Shown here one piece after another: positions 26,466 through 37,629 of a stretch of DNA of 41,361 bases. The notes beneath the pieces are model-generated. The model was not told the DNA's origin and did not search any database. It saw nothing but the letters and a program-made list of their open reading frames with translations. The position numbers were made by a program, and so were the translations under genes. Origin of the DNA: Basidioascus undulatus (lineage: Eukaryota); contig JTLS01000029.1 in NCBI GenBank assembly GCA_000826855.1, forward strand, positions 1-41,361, read 5' to 3'. The stretch's first letter is position 1. Every line of letters starts with the position of its first letter.

Positions 26466-27357
26466 CACGTCGCAGCCCCAGGACGAGCAGCCCCAGGAGA
26501 AGGCACCTCGTCGGAAGGAGGGGGCCGGTCGAAACATGCCGCGCACGTTTCGCCGTTCGAGCGATGATGATGACGCTGATCAGTCCGGGCAGTTTGATCT
26601 AGAAGTTATCAGCTCGAGCGTATTTGTTCGTTTCGGTGAAGAATTGACCCTCGAATAGATAGATAAGTAGTAAGTTTTGCGAAGCGAACCGACGCGATAT
26701 GAGCGCTTCGCGACGAGGCGGCGTCTGAGCGCGTTCGATAAGGGCCCATCCTGGGTCGCCCGCGTCATCGCGCCGCGGGCGCGCTCGGGTGCGCCGACCT
26801 GGTCCGCCCGCGCACCTTCCTAATCAGGGAGGTTGCAACGAAGGGACGAGAGTCGGTTCGAGGGGCGAGGGGGAGGCGGGGACCCCGCAGTTTGGGCTGC
26901 AAGTCGTGAAATGAGAGGGCAACGCTGACGTACTAGCGGGGTACCAAGTCGATTGATGTCGTTTGATGCGAAATAATAATGCAACATTTACAGGCGGCAC
27001 CCCTTTTCGGGTTTGGGATAATGTGTTTGGAGGGATGTGACGCTCAAGAAAGAGTTTGAGACGAGGGAGAGTCTTGGAAAAACAGTAAGAAAAACTGTGC
27101 TGTGGCGGCGGTGCGCCGGCGGCAGCCTTGGGCTGAAGGCGCAGGACTTTTTTTTTTTGGAAGTTGCCGTGCTCAGTGATCGACAAAGATTAACCGCTGT
27201 CAGAGAAACTGCTTCGGTGATGCGATGGATCTGACGGGCTCGCTTGCCGCGGGCGTGTTGGCCGTGTGTGATTATCTCCGAGTACGGCCAGCGAGCTGTC
27301 CGACTCTTGCCCACTGCCGAGGGTCCAAAACTTTCAACCGACAGGATCTCGCGTGGC

Positions 27358-27384
27358 ATGACGTATGACACCTCACGACGTCAT
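27358..27384. promoter_or_regulatory. Inverted pair of ATGACGT (CRE/ATF-type, M26) sites in the HAD/GPDH shared intergenic region
   Basis: ATGACGT at 27358-27364 and ACGTCAT at 27378-27384; additional TGACGTA at 26926-26932. Confidence 0.4.
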
Positions 27385-28121
27385 TTGGGCGATAGCGGGT
27401 CCTTTCCAAACAAGGCAGGTGCAACGAGGCACGAAGGAAGTAACTCTCGCAAAGTGCACAGGGGGGGAAGACGCTGCGAACCGAGCACAATATTTTGTGA
27501 TAGCCATCGTTTGTTTCGACTGGGGTGGCCGGGGCTTATCTTGGGAGTGCGAGTGGCAAAAGGGGTGCACACGTTGCGCTGTGGGCTGGGCAGGCGATAG
27601 CGATAGCATGGTGGCGAGCGAGGGTTCGGGCAGAGGACTGTGTCCGGGACGGCGGGGCGGATCATGACCGCATAGGTGGCGGCGGCCAAATGGGCAGCGA
27701 GCAAAGCAGCGCGGTATCCTTTTGGAGGAGGAGCATAGCATTTTGAATTGGAGATGGGGATGTGCCTTGAGCAGGACGCAAAAGTTTTGGGTGGGTCGGG
27801 CAAGAGCGATAAAAGCAAAGCGAGGGCGGAGCTGTCGTCACTTGTCTTGTCTTCCCTCTTCGCCCCACTCTCCTCACTCACCTTCATCACCACATCACTC
27901 ATACCGTACCACGCCACTCAAACATCTTCTTCGCTCTTTTCACTCTTATCATCCAGCCCATCGAGCCTTGCGTCCTCGCTATCCCGCATCACATCCTCGC
28001 TATCCCCACTACTTAGCAGCCCGTCATGTGCGCCTTCCCTCCCCCTCCTCTCTCCTCTCCCGTCTTCCCACCCAGCTCACCATCCTTCGTGAGCAGGACG
28101 ACCTCCCCGGCCTCCCTGTCC

Positions 28122-30037
28122 ATGACTTCCCTCTCCTCCGCCGCGGCGCAGCAGGCCGTCCAGCCGCCACAGTACCGCCGCAAGCTGTCCATACCCTCGG
28201 GCGGTTTCAAGCGCGTCCTCGTCCTCGGCTCCGGCTCCTTCGGCTCCTGCCTCGCAGACCACCTCGCCGACGTCGGCCACGCCGTCAGCGTCTGGGCCCG
28301 CAGCAAGGAGACCGTTGACAGCTTCAACAAGCACCACCGCAACCCCAAGGTGCGTTCTATCTCAGCCCCGAGTTTCTTGGGTGATTGTGTGATGTCGGTG
28401 TTTATCTTGCTTGTTGGGGGTTGCGCGAGCAGTACCTCAAAGACCACATCTTCTCCAAGAACCTCCGCGCCGTTGGGCCTGAGTTCCCCTCTAACGACCA
28501 GGTCAAGATGTACGACGTGATCGTCTTTGCGATCCCGACGCAGTCCATGGGGTGCGTCTTCCCTCCCTCTCCCCTCCCGCCGTCTCTCCCCTGCCTGGTC
28601 TGACGTCTCGCCTTCGGCTCGCACAGCGGCATCCTCAAGCAGCTCGCGCCCGTGCTCACCGAGTCCGACGACGACCGACAGCAGCCGCTCCTCGTGTTCG
28701 CCAATAAGGGCATTGAGATCGGCTCGTGCTTCCTCCCGATCGAGATCATTGAGCGCGAGTGCGGCAAGGAGATCGCGCGCACGTCGACGTTCCTCTCCGG
28801 TCCCTCCTTCGCGAAAGAGAGTGCGTCCTTCCCACTTTTTCCTTCCCCTTCCCTTCCCCTCCCCTTCCGTCTTCCCTTCGAACCCTGCCTTCTCGGACAA
28901 GCGGCTCACCTACGGTTCGCTCCCGCAGTCGTCCAGCGCCTCCCCACGCAAGTCTCCGTCGCCTCCTTCAGCACGCCGCACGCCGAGCGGACCGCAGAGC
29001 TCTTCCACCAGGGCCACTTCATGTGCTTTGTGAATAACGACCCAATCGGCGTCGAGCTCGCGGGCGCGCTCAAGAACGTCTACGCCATCGCCTCGGGCGT
29101 CGCCTCCGGCCTCGGCTTCGAGCAGAACACGCGCGCCGGGCTTGTTACTCGCGCGAGCGCAGAGATGCAGATGATCGGGACGGCGTTCCAGGCGGACCCG
29201 CTTACGTGCGTCTCCATCCCCCCACCTTCCCACCGGCCTTCTCCCTTCCCTGTTCCCCGTTCCCACCTCCCTGTTACCTATTCTCCTTCCCCCTTCCCGT
29301 TTCCTTACTTTTTCAAATACTGACACACTGCCCACCCCACAGCTTCCTCTCTCTCGCCGGCGTCGGCGACCTCTTCCTGACCTGCTCCTCGGAAAACTCG
29401 CGCAACTTCACCGTCGGCAAGCGTCTCGGGCAGGGCGAGAAGCTCGACTACATCCTCGCGACGCTCGGGTCTACCGCAGAGGGCGTCGAGACCGTCAAGG
29501 CCGCGCACGAGCTTCTCGAGCGCATCGAGATGAAGGCGCCCATTGCAGAGGCGGTGTACGAGCTGCTGTATGGGGGGGCGAGGTGCGTCGATCCTTCTCT
29601 GCCCTTCCTACCTATCTAGCCACCTTCTGACAATTTCCTTACAATCTTTTCAGTGCTTCGGAGATGGCTGCGCGTCTCATGGGTCTGCCGTCGATGCCCG
29701 AGCTCCAGCGCCCGCTTGTCCGCCGGAACTCGCACTCGGAGCGGTTTCACCACGCCATCGGTTCGCCCTTGCCCCTCCTCCCTTCTTCCCCTACTTCGTC
29801 AGCTCATCTTTTATTGCTTGACCAGGACACATGAGCCCGCTTGCGAACAACAGTCCCTACGCCTCCCCATCCACCTCCCCCTCCGCGACGCCGCTCCACA
29901 CGCCCAAGGGCTCCCCGCTCGTCAAGCCCATGTCCGACATGAAGCTCTCGCCCGTCCCCGGCATGGAGAACGCCAAGGAGGGCGTCGCGCCTGAGGACGT
30001 GCCCAGCATTGGCGAGCGTGCTGTCGAGAAGCACTAA
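28122..30037 (+). CDS. gpsA: NAD(P)H-dependent glycerol-3-phosphate dehydrogenase of the GpsA type, with a Ser/Thr-Pro-rich C-terminal tail
   Basis: VLGSGSFGSCLA Rossmann motif, ANKGIE, LSGPSFAKE, DPIGVELAGALKNVYAIASG, LAGVGDLFLTCSSENSRNFTVG, STAEGVETV; spliced through to EKH* at 30037. Confidence 0.93.
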
Positions 30038-31512
30038 ACGCGCTGCTATCTCCCCCTCTCTTCGACTCCTCTCGCCTCTCTTCGCCTCATCGCATCTCCA
30101 CAATCGCATTCACGAATTACGATCCCACATCGCAACATGTACCTCCGCCTCCCTTCCCCTTCTCCATCTTCGTCTCTTCGTCACTTCGTCTCTTTCGTCG
30201 TTGTCCAGCATCTCGCATATTTACCTCACCGCCTTGTAATACCACCCACCCCCCACCCTGAACCCGCGCACGATCTTGATTGGATGTCGGATCGCTCGGA
30301 TATTGAATACAAAATCCTTTGGAGCTTGGATGTGATTTTGTCTAGATGCGGATGTGGATCGTTCATGCTTGTCCATGCACTGCACTGTACGTCCAACGTC
30401 TTGCCTGAGTGGGCGGCTGTCGGCTGTTGTGTTTCTCGGCTCATGCTATTTGGATCGACTGAGATCATGAATTGATCCTTGAGATCTATCGATGCTTGTT
30501 ATTGCTGTAAAGTGCCGCAGGTCTTCGAACTGCGGTGGGTAGTTACAGTAGTGTTACAGTAGTCGGCGTCGTGCCACCGTGGCCATGTTGTCGGCGGACA
30601 TAGATTCCCCAGCTCTTGTATGATAGTATTTGGCGTTTACACAAGAGATGAAAAGGACCGGAGCTTCCCGTTGGGTTATAACCCTCCCCAGTAAAGTGCT
30701 GAGACCGAATGGCGTCAAGCCGGAAGATTTTCGTCGCTAAAAGAGGGACGCGGGGGCGAATTTCGAAGTACCGTTGTTGGGCAGACTGGTTTCAGGACCC
30801 GGTTAAGATCCGTAATTAAGGCTGGAGATCTTCAGCGGAGAGAACCTCAGACGCTCAGCGGAGCACCTAAGGTTGCCTCCCCCCACCATCGTCTCGCAGC
30901 CCTGCTCGCACTACAATCGGTCATCTTACGTCCACTCACTAGTATTTGAACTGATTCTTAGAATATTATTAAAGCACACAAGATGGACCTTCCGTCCACT
31001 CCGCACTCACCCTCCCCATCGTCCGACGCCCGTGTGGGCAGATCGTGCAGGTCACGTCTGGACATGGAGACGCGTACGCAGGGTCGAACCTCGTGCCTAT
31101 CATCCACATTCTCGGGTCGGGCGACTCTGCCGCGAATGAATTCTGGATTGAAGGGACATTTCGGGTCCGCCCGCTCTGGGCGGTGTTTGATCCGTGGGTG
31201 CATGAGTCGAGCGCGATCGCCACCCTCACACTCTCGACTGGATCTGCGTTTACCAGACGCCCTCGCTCGTGAGTTCATCTCTCTCCCACTCGTGCTTCCT
31301 TCTACTCACGATCGGTTGATTCAATCGTTGCGCTTCTGGACGAGCAGTTCCGGATCGTCAGCCGCTTGGGCAACCTCATTAGGAGGCACAGTGAAACCAC
31401 AACCAGCATATAATAGCACTCTCACAAATTTGACGAAAATTAGCGATGAAAATCCAAGCACCGCGAACACCCCGACCATCCCGGCGCAACTACTGCAAAG
31501 CTCCCAGCATCG

Positions 31513-32947
31513 TCACGCCCGATCATACAGCTGCTCCTTCTCCTGGCTACCACAACTCTCCCTGAGTGTGAACTCGCTCGAGTCAAACAAAGGGATGCGC
31601 TTGCCTCTGCGCACTCCCTGCTGCCTCCGGTCCCAGACCACCCATCCACTCAGCGCGATGAGCGCAAGCGCGAGCACGCCCGTTGCCGCGCCGAGGCCAA
31701 TGACGGCCCTGCGGAAGCGGGACTCGGAGAGGGGGACGTCGGCGTCGGGCGCGGCCGCGAGCGCGACATTCGAGTAGGCATTGGCGGCGGATTGGGGAAT
31801 AGCCGTTGGGTGGGAGAGGTGCACGGGCGGGAAGTTGAACTCGTTGCGCCGGAGAAGCGGGCCGGAGGGGATCGAGGTGTTGAGGCCGCAGCGAGCACGG
31901 CATTCGGCCTGGGTAGGGTGTGAGAAGGTGTAAGACTTGCTGGACATAAAAGCTGTTTGAGAGCACTGGATGGACGTACCAGACCGACTGCAACGTTCGT
32001 GGGCAGCCCGGCAGCGACGGCGTCGATCTCTGCTGCTGACAGCTGGTCGCCCAGCGTGGCCGAAACAATGTCGGAGGGAAGCTCGCTAATGAATGCTTGG
32101 GCCTATCGAAAGAGAGATTGTCAGAAAAGCTAACAGTAGCTATTCCAATAAAGAGATGCAACGCACAATCTGCACCGTGCCCGGGTCTTCGTTGCCAAAT
32201 GCCGACAGGAACAGGACCTCCTCACAGCCGAGGTTCTGCTGGCTGTCAACCCCAAGCACCTCATTTCGGTCAGTCGGGCCCTCATTCAGTTCAGAAAGAC
32301 AGACTCACAAATGAACGCTGCCCTTGTCAAACAACACCGCCTGCCCAGGCTTGACCTCGTTCTGGACGAAGCGGATGCCGTTCTCGGGGAACGCGCCGGT
32401 GAGGATGGATTCACCGGTGATAAAGACTTGGAGTTCGGCGGAGCGCGGATGGGTGTGAGGGGTGTTCAGAGCGCAAGCTACGGGAACAATCGTTCCGATC
32501 AGTCAGGACTCAGCAGCTCCGCCGTTGACGGTGAAGGCGCCAAATAGAACGCACCTTTGAGCCAGCCGACAGTCACCGCGGTGTGAGCTCCAAGGAGAGC
32601 AGGGAATGTCGATGTCTTTGCCGATGTCTAGGGAAGGCGGCCTTAATTGAGTTTCCGTGAGACGCAGATTTGAGATGAGCTGGACGCACCAGAACACCGC
32701 CATCGCCTCCTGCCGCCACTGCAGCCGCAGGGGGATTCAGGAAGTCGAACACGAAGTCCGAGTCATTCTTCAGAACAGCACTGGGGACAGAAAATTTAGC
32801 AACGGGCCATAGCCCAGTGCTAAGAGTCACTCACTATCGCTCCACGGCGGTACTTGCATCGTTGAGCGCCTTGACCTGCGCGGCAAGGTCCTGCGCTGCG
32901 GCAGCCGTCGCAAGACAGAGGGCGCCGGCAGCGAAGGTGGAAAGCAT
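31513..32947 (-). CDS. Secreted germin/spherulin-1-like cupin with a C-terminal transmembrane helix (intact, 6 introns)
   Basis: Signal peptide MLSTFAAGALCLATAAAA; SDFVFDFLNP; FPALLG...VGWLK|ACALNTPHTHPRSAE; ENGIRFVQN...KGSVHF|QQNLGCE...EDPG; ECRARCGL; TM segment AVIGLGAATGVLALALIALSGWVVW followed by RRQQGVRR. Confidence 0.9.
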
Positions 32948-33759
32948 CTCTGCGGGCTTTGAAAGGTGAAATAGTAGGAATGGAGAGAGGAATGTCGAAA
33001 AAGAATCTCGCCTGAGGGCGGCTTTATATACGCCTGTCGCCAAGCATCGTACAGCCGTGCACACAGCTTTGGCGGCGATGGCGTGGACAGCTCTGTCGGC
33101 ACAGCCTCGTGGGCGCACACGACGGAGGCAAACCGAAAGTCCATTGCACGAAATATGTGGACAACAGGGAAGACCACGGCGACATACTGACCGGGAACAG
33201 GCAACAAGCGGAACGGAGTGGCACCGCATGCAACACACACGTCGCCGCTGGGAGACGCTGTGGACGCTGACAAAGGAGTTGCTCGAAAACAATGATGGTT
33301 GTTTTCAACCGGAAGGCTCCGAAAGTTCACAAAGGGAGAAGAAGACAAAGGGAATGAAGCGAAAAATCAGCGGGCTTCGCACAGCGGTGTGTCTTCTGCT
33401 ATATTGAAGCGGTGCATTGGAACATCCTGCCTGGTCACCTTCCGGCAGCACCTCCGGCGGGTATTTTGATAAGGTAGTTTGAGAGCACTTTGACCAGAAT
33501 GATTAACTCTCCGTCAGTTCCTCCTGTTTCTCCTCTACTCCAGCAGAAAGCATGCTTTCTCCGTGCTCTCCAGCTGCTACTTACGTACACAACGCTTCTC
33601 CTCAAGGGAATATCAGATAGTTCTGATAGTTTACAGACCTCTTAACGCCACTGGTAGATTTGTGGAGGGTGTTCGGCAAGGAGACCATGAGCGCCAGCAT
33701 GCTGCAGCGCAGCTCACCAGCCCACAGCGCGTGAAAGTATGAAGCTGTTACATCTGGGT

Positions 33760-34900
33760 TGGAGTATAGCAAGACAAGCCATTTGCATTGCCCTAAACAG
33801 TTCACCGCCACCAAACGCAGCGCTCCCGTCCCCACACTGGCATGGCGACGACCCGCAGCGTCTTGATCAGCTGGCAGAGCCCAAGTACCTGCTGTTGGCG
33901 TCCTCGTAGGACTAATATCTCGTATTCTTCTTATGCCTCTGATGTAATGGATCCAGGGATGAGGGCTGCGCTGGATGAGGGGGCAAGCGCGGAAGTGGAC
34001 GATGGCACAGAAGACGGCGGCAAGCGGCTGCGGCGGTTTCGAAGCCATCGGACGAGCTTCTTTTTGAATTGTTTCTTCAGAGTTTGATGAATGTGACCTG
34101 GAGTGATGTTGCCGTCGGCGCGGGGGGCACGAGCGATTCGGGGAGTGAAGGTGCGACGTAGAGGACTGCCAGCTGGGTGCAGGGCTGTAGTATCGCAGCT
34201 ATCTGAGCCTGTTCCTCCAGTTGCTTTAATCACAGGGCGGCAAAGAAATATCGGAAGAGTTTGGGGTGCTTGAGATCCATGCTCACCACTGTCATGCCCT
34301 GCCAGAGCGCATCCATTCCGAGGCTCAAGATCTTGAGATTCGGACAGTCGGTGACAATGTCGCGCAGTCGGTCGCCGTCGGACTGCATGTCTGTCCCCCA
34401 CCCAGAGAGTGTGAAAGAGACCAATGTATTTCCTCCTATTTGGACCGGAAGGGTAATGTCGTCGAGCAAGAATGAATCGACGACGAGGTGGCGAAGGTTC
34501 GGGAATAAGGGCAAAACCACCTCAGCGGCAGGGTCGAGGGAGGTGGTACTTAAGCCGTGGCTATGGTGTGGACAGGAGCCGGGATTGTACGATAACGAGG
34601 AGGACCAGGTTTAGCAAGTGTCAATGGCGGATCGCTGAAAGGTTGAATCTCAGGGTGGGGCTGATGCTGGGCATGCTTGACAGGCGGACACGCAGCCGGC
34701 TGCGCTTCCCGAGCGTCAGGAAGCATACCGCCTGGATCCATAAAATATAGGAATTCCTTACAGTGCTTGGATAAACCAACAGGAGCCATTTTCTCCAAGG
34801 TCTCCTTCGGGGCATCGACTGTCTGCCAAACACCGGAGTCGCAAGGGCCGCCATCGTTCGGCTTGCGCAATAGAGGGAGCAAGCGCCCTTGACACATCGG
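33760..34900 (-). pseudogene. F-box-like pseudogene (paralog of 10941-12204)
   Basis: SRTMAALATP, FPNLRHLVVDS, CPNLKILSLGMD and RQQQVLGLCQLIKTLRVVAMPV match copy A; N-terminal F-box start missing; frameshift near 34829; TAA at 33931 where copy A has TGG. Confidence 0.88.
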
Positions 34901-35043
34901 CTGTCGAGTGAAACATCAAGAACGCCTAGCAATACGCGAGCGGGAAGTGTTTGGCTGACTAGTATATTTGCACGGGCATGCCTGTCGGCTCGCCCTTCAA
35001 GACAAGCAAACGGTCCTTGATAGGACCTCAAAAATAAAAGAAA

Positions 35044-35128
35044 TGGCCACTGCAGGGGTCGAACCTGCGACATTGGAGTACCAACCACGTTATTAGCTCC
35101 ACACTCTAACCAACTGAGTTAAGCGGCC
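35044..35128 (-). tRNA. tRNA-Ile: tRNA-Ile(AAT) with 11-nt intron (copy B)
   Basis: Mature sequence identical to 10407-10490 except one variable-loop base (aagtc/atgtc); intron acgtggttggt. Confidence 0.93.
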
Positions 35129-35728
35129 ATTGTTCAATGGTGAAACTTTCCTTTTTACCTACCTGAGCGAAACAGCGCAAAAGCCGATATGGAATCCGCT
35201 CTTTGACCAAGACATGAATCTCAGGAGGCTTGAATTCCAGAAAGTACAGAATAAGGGAAGATTGGTGAGATTATCCGGAGCGATGCAGGACTGCCGGCAT
35301 CGATGCCGACACCACACGGGCCTGAAGGTCAGTTCACCCACACGACGACACCATTCGTCGCGCTGACGACGCGCGATGCTCCACGGATACGAATATGGGA
35401 GATTAATCAAGACACGATGATCATACTCTCTTATCTTCGCCGAGGTTGTGAGCTGATTGCATCAGAGACTGTCGATGCGTCCGTGGCGTGGGCAACGCAG
35501 CGTGTTCTGCTGCCTCGTGTTGCCCAAAACACCTCCACAAGCAAGTTACACATGAGAATTTCATGTAACTGCGCAGAAGCAGCAGCCCCCCTCACTCAAA
35601 AAAAAAAGTCAAGCAGTGGGGGGGAGAGTATAAAAAGCTATGCAGGGGAAGTGCGTTGTCTCTCTCTTCCCGCTCCTTGGGAGCAAAAGAAGAAGAAGCG
35701 ACACCAAGTTACGCCGAACTCCGAGTGC

Positions 35729-35768
35729 GTAGCAGTAGCAGTAGCAGTAGCAGTAGCAGTAGCAGTAG
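35729..35768. repeat. (GTAGCA)6+ hexamer microsatellite
   Basis: Read directly. Confidence 0.9.
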
Positions 35769-36240
35769 AGAAGGGTACAGCTACGTTATTGTCTCACGAT
35801 ATGTGCGACCGTGGCGAGCACGACATAAACACCGTGACATCACGTTGCTGCCGAGGCGCAGCCAAATCCGGCCAACACGCATCATAATTCTCAGGCTTTT
35901 ATCTGACTTTCTTCGCTTCGCCTGCTTCATGCAAGCAACACATCCCGACGTACGAGACTCTGGATGTGCATGTGCATTTCGATCTTGGAATTAAATATCA
36001 CGCGTACAATTTATTGGTTCACTGATGAAGGTGCAGTTATACAGCAACCACGTCTCACAGTGGGAGCGCTCCACACTTGCTGTCGAGGGTGCCCATATAT
36101 TCTCGATGTGCGAAGGAGGTGCTCCCCAAGTCCCCTCTTTCTCAATCCCTTATCTCCACAGGTGTCCAGCCGTACAACGCATCGTCTGTATCCCCGTCCC
36201 TCGCCACCGCCCACATGGTAAACAACCAAAATTTGCCACT

Positions 36241-37629
36241 ATGGTGACCACATTGGCTCGAACAATTGCCCTGGCGTCGTTCGTGCAGCTCGCGCTCGGG
36301 CACGGTATGATCTTTGAGCCCCTGCCTCGCATGGTGAGCGTCTTATGCTACTCCGTGACTGTGCAGAGCCTGCGCTGATCAATGCCCGAATAGCCCGGAC
36401 CCAACTACCTCGCAGCATGCGGAAAAGACTACGTTGACAAGGTGCTCGGAGACGAACAAACTCCTCTCCTCATCAAACGATACTTATGTACATTCCCAAC
36501 AGGTCACTGTCGAAGACGGACTGCGAGGTCCGCTTCAGGTGCAGGTGCGGTCTCTGATCTGCAATCGCCTTTAACAATCCATTGACGTTGGTCGTCATAT
36601 CTATCAACAGTTCGGAGATTACGGGTACACCGAAGCACACAATGTCCAAAATTTCCGTCCCAAGGCCGGCTGTGACATGTTCAAGGTCAGTCATCCCCCC
36701 TGTTGCGAGCAGTGCGCAGCGTTGACTGACCCAGCGACTTGCAGTGCCATGGTACTTCCATCGCCTTCACGCTGAGACTTTGCCATACTTACCTTTGATA
36801 TCAGGCTATCAACTCGAGAGCGACACGCCTGTGCACCAATACACGACGGGGCAGACCGTCCCATTCAAGCTTGATTTCCTGGCCGAGCATCCAGGGTAGT
36901 AAGTAATAGGTTTGAGAAACTTCTTTGTGAGACTTATCTGACTTTTCACAGCGCTAATGTAGGTCTCGAGTGACGTCTCTTCCTCACCCGTCTAGTGCTG
37001 ATTTCTGGCTGCAGGTGTCGGTTATCGACCTGAAGACAAACTCCATCCTGGCTACACTCAAGTCGTGGGAGATGGGTCAGTCCTTCATGGACCGGCATAC
37101 CTCATAGTATCACAAGTATTGACCCCTTTAATTCCTTCCAGGTACCTACGGCGGTCCGCCCCCTCTATTCCCTCCACCCGCCTTCTCGCAAAGCTGAACT
37201 ACCATCTCCGCAGCCTGGGACCCGAGCGCCTACCAAGAAACTCGCTATATCGCGAACCCCTCGTGGATACAAAACAACCCGTGGCTGAACGCGAACTACC
37301 CAGGTATAGAATCGGGTGCGAGCCTCTACCGCCCGAACATGATGCCGCTCGACAACCGCGAGTTCAGCGTCGTCATTCCCGAGCTGAACGGGCGGTGCTC
37401 TGCCGCTGGAGATTGTGCCATTCAGGTAAAGTCTCGGATCCCTAGACGTCCCTTCGGTCGGAACCGTTCTCTGATGAGCTGTTGCACGTGCAGTGGTCCT
37501 GGACAGGCTGGACGGGCACGGACAGGCAGTGGTACTCGCAGTGACCATGCTTTTTCAACCTCTCCTAGTTATCTCGCAAGCTGAATTTCCAAATGTTCAA
37601 TACACAGCTGCGTCGACTTCACAGAATGA
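36241..37629 (+). CDS. Secreted His-brace LPMO-like protein (fungal chitin-binding/LPMO_10-like), 11 introns
   Basis: Signal peptide followed by His: ...LALG|HGMIFEPLPRMPGPNYLAACG; CDMFKCHGY; YTTGQTVPFKLDFLAEHPGYANVSVID; IPELNGRCSAAGDCAIQWSW...RQWYSHCVDFTE*; all introns phase-compatible. Confidence 0.8.

Larger units (their letters stand above)
32440..35128 (-). repeat. Copy B of the inverted segmental duplication
   Basis: Reverse-complement homology to 10407-13355. Confidence 0.92.

Noticed and set aside
26260..28121. AGGGG/CCCCT (STRE-like) motifs in the HAD-GPDH intergenic region
   Set aside because: This pentamer is abundant throughout the window, so it is uninformative
30542..30563. 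11-bp tandem duplication (similar small duplications near 3375-3410 and 38398-38421)
   Set aside because: Ordinary slippage products in non-coding DNA; not CRISPR-like or target-site duplications
30983..31272. Coding-looking exon fragment (VQVTSGHGDAYAGSNLVPIIHILG...) ending near a GTGAGT donor
   Set aside because: No start or further exons could be assembled; family not recognised
13356..31512. Treating the inverted duplication as terminal inverted repeats of a giant transposon
   Set aside because: The repeats are diverged, gene-containing blocks; no transposase or recombinase gene or target-site duplication seen
33931..33933. TGG->TAA change as evidence of RIP-like mutation of the duplication
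   Set aside because: A single codon; other lesions are indels and no systematic C->T bias is evident by eye
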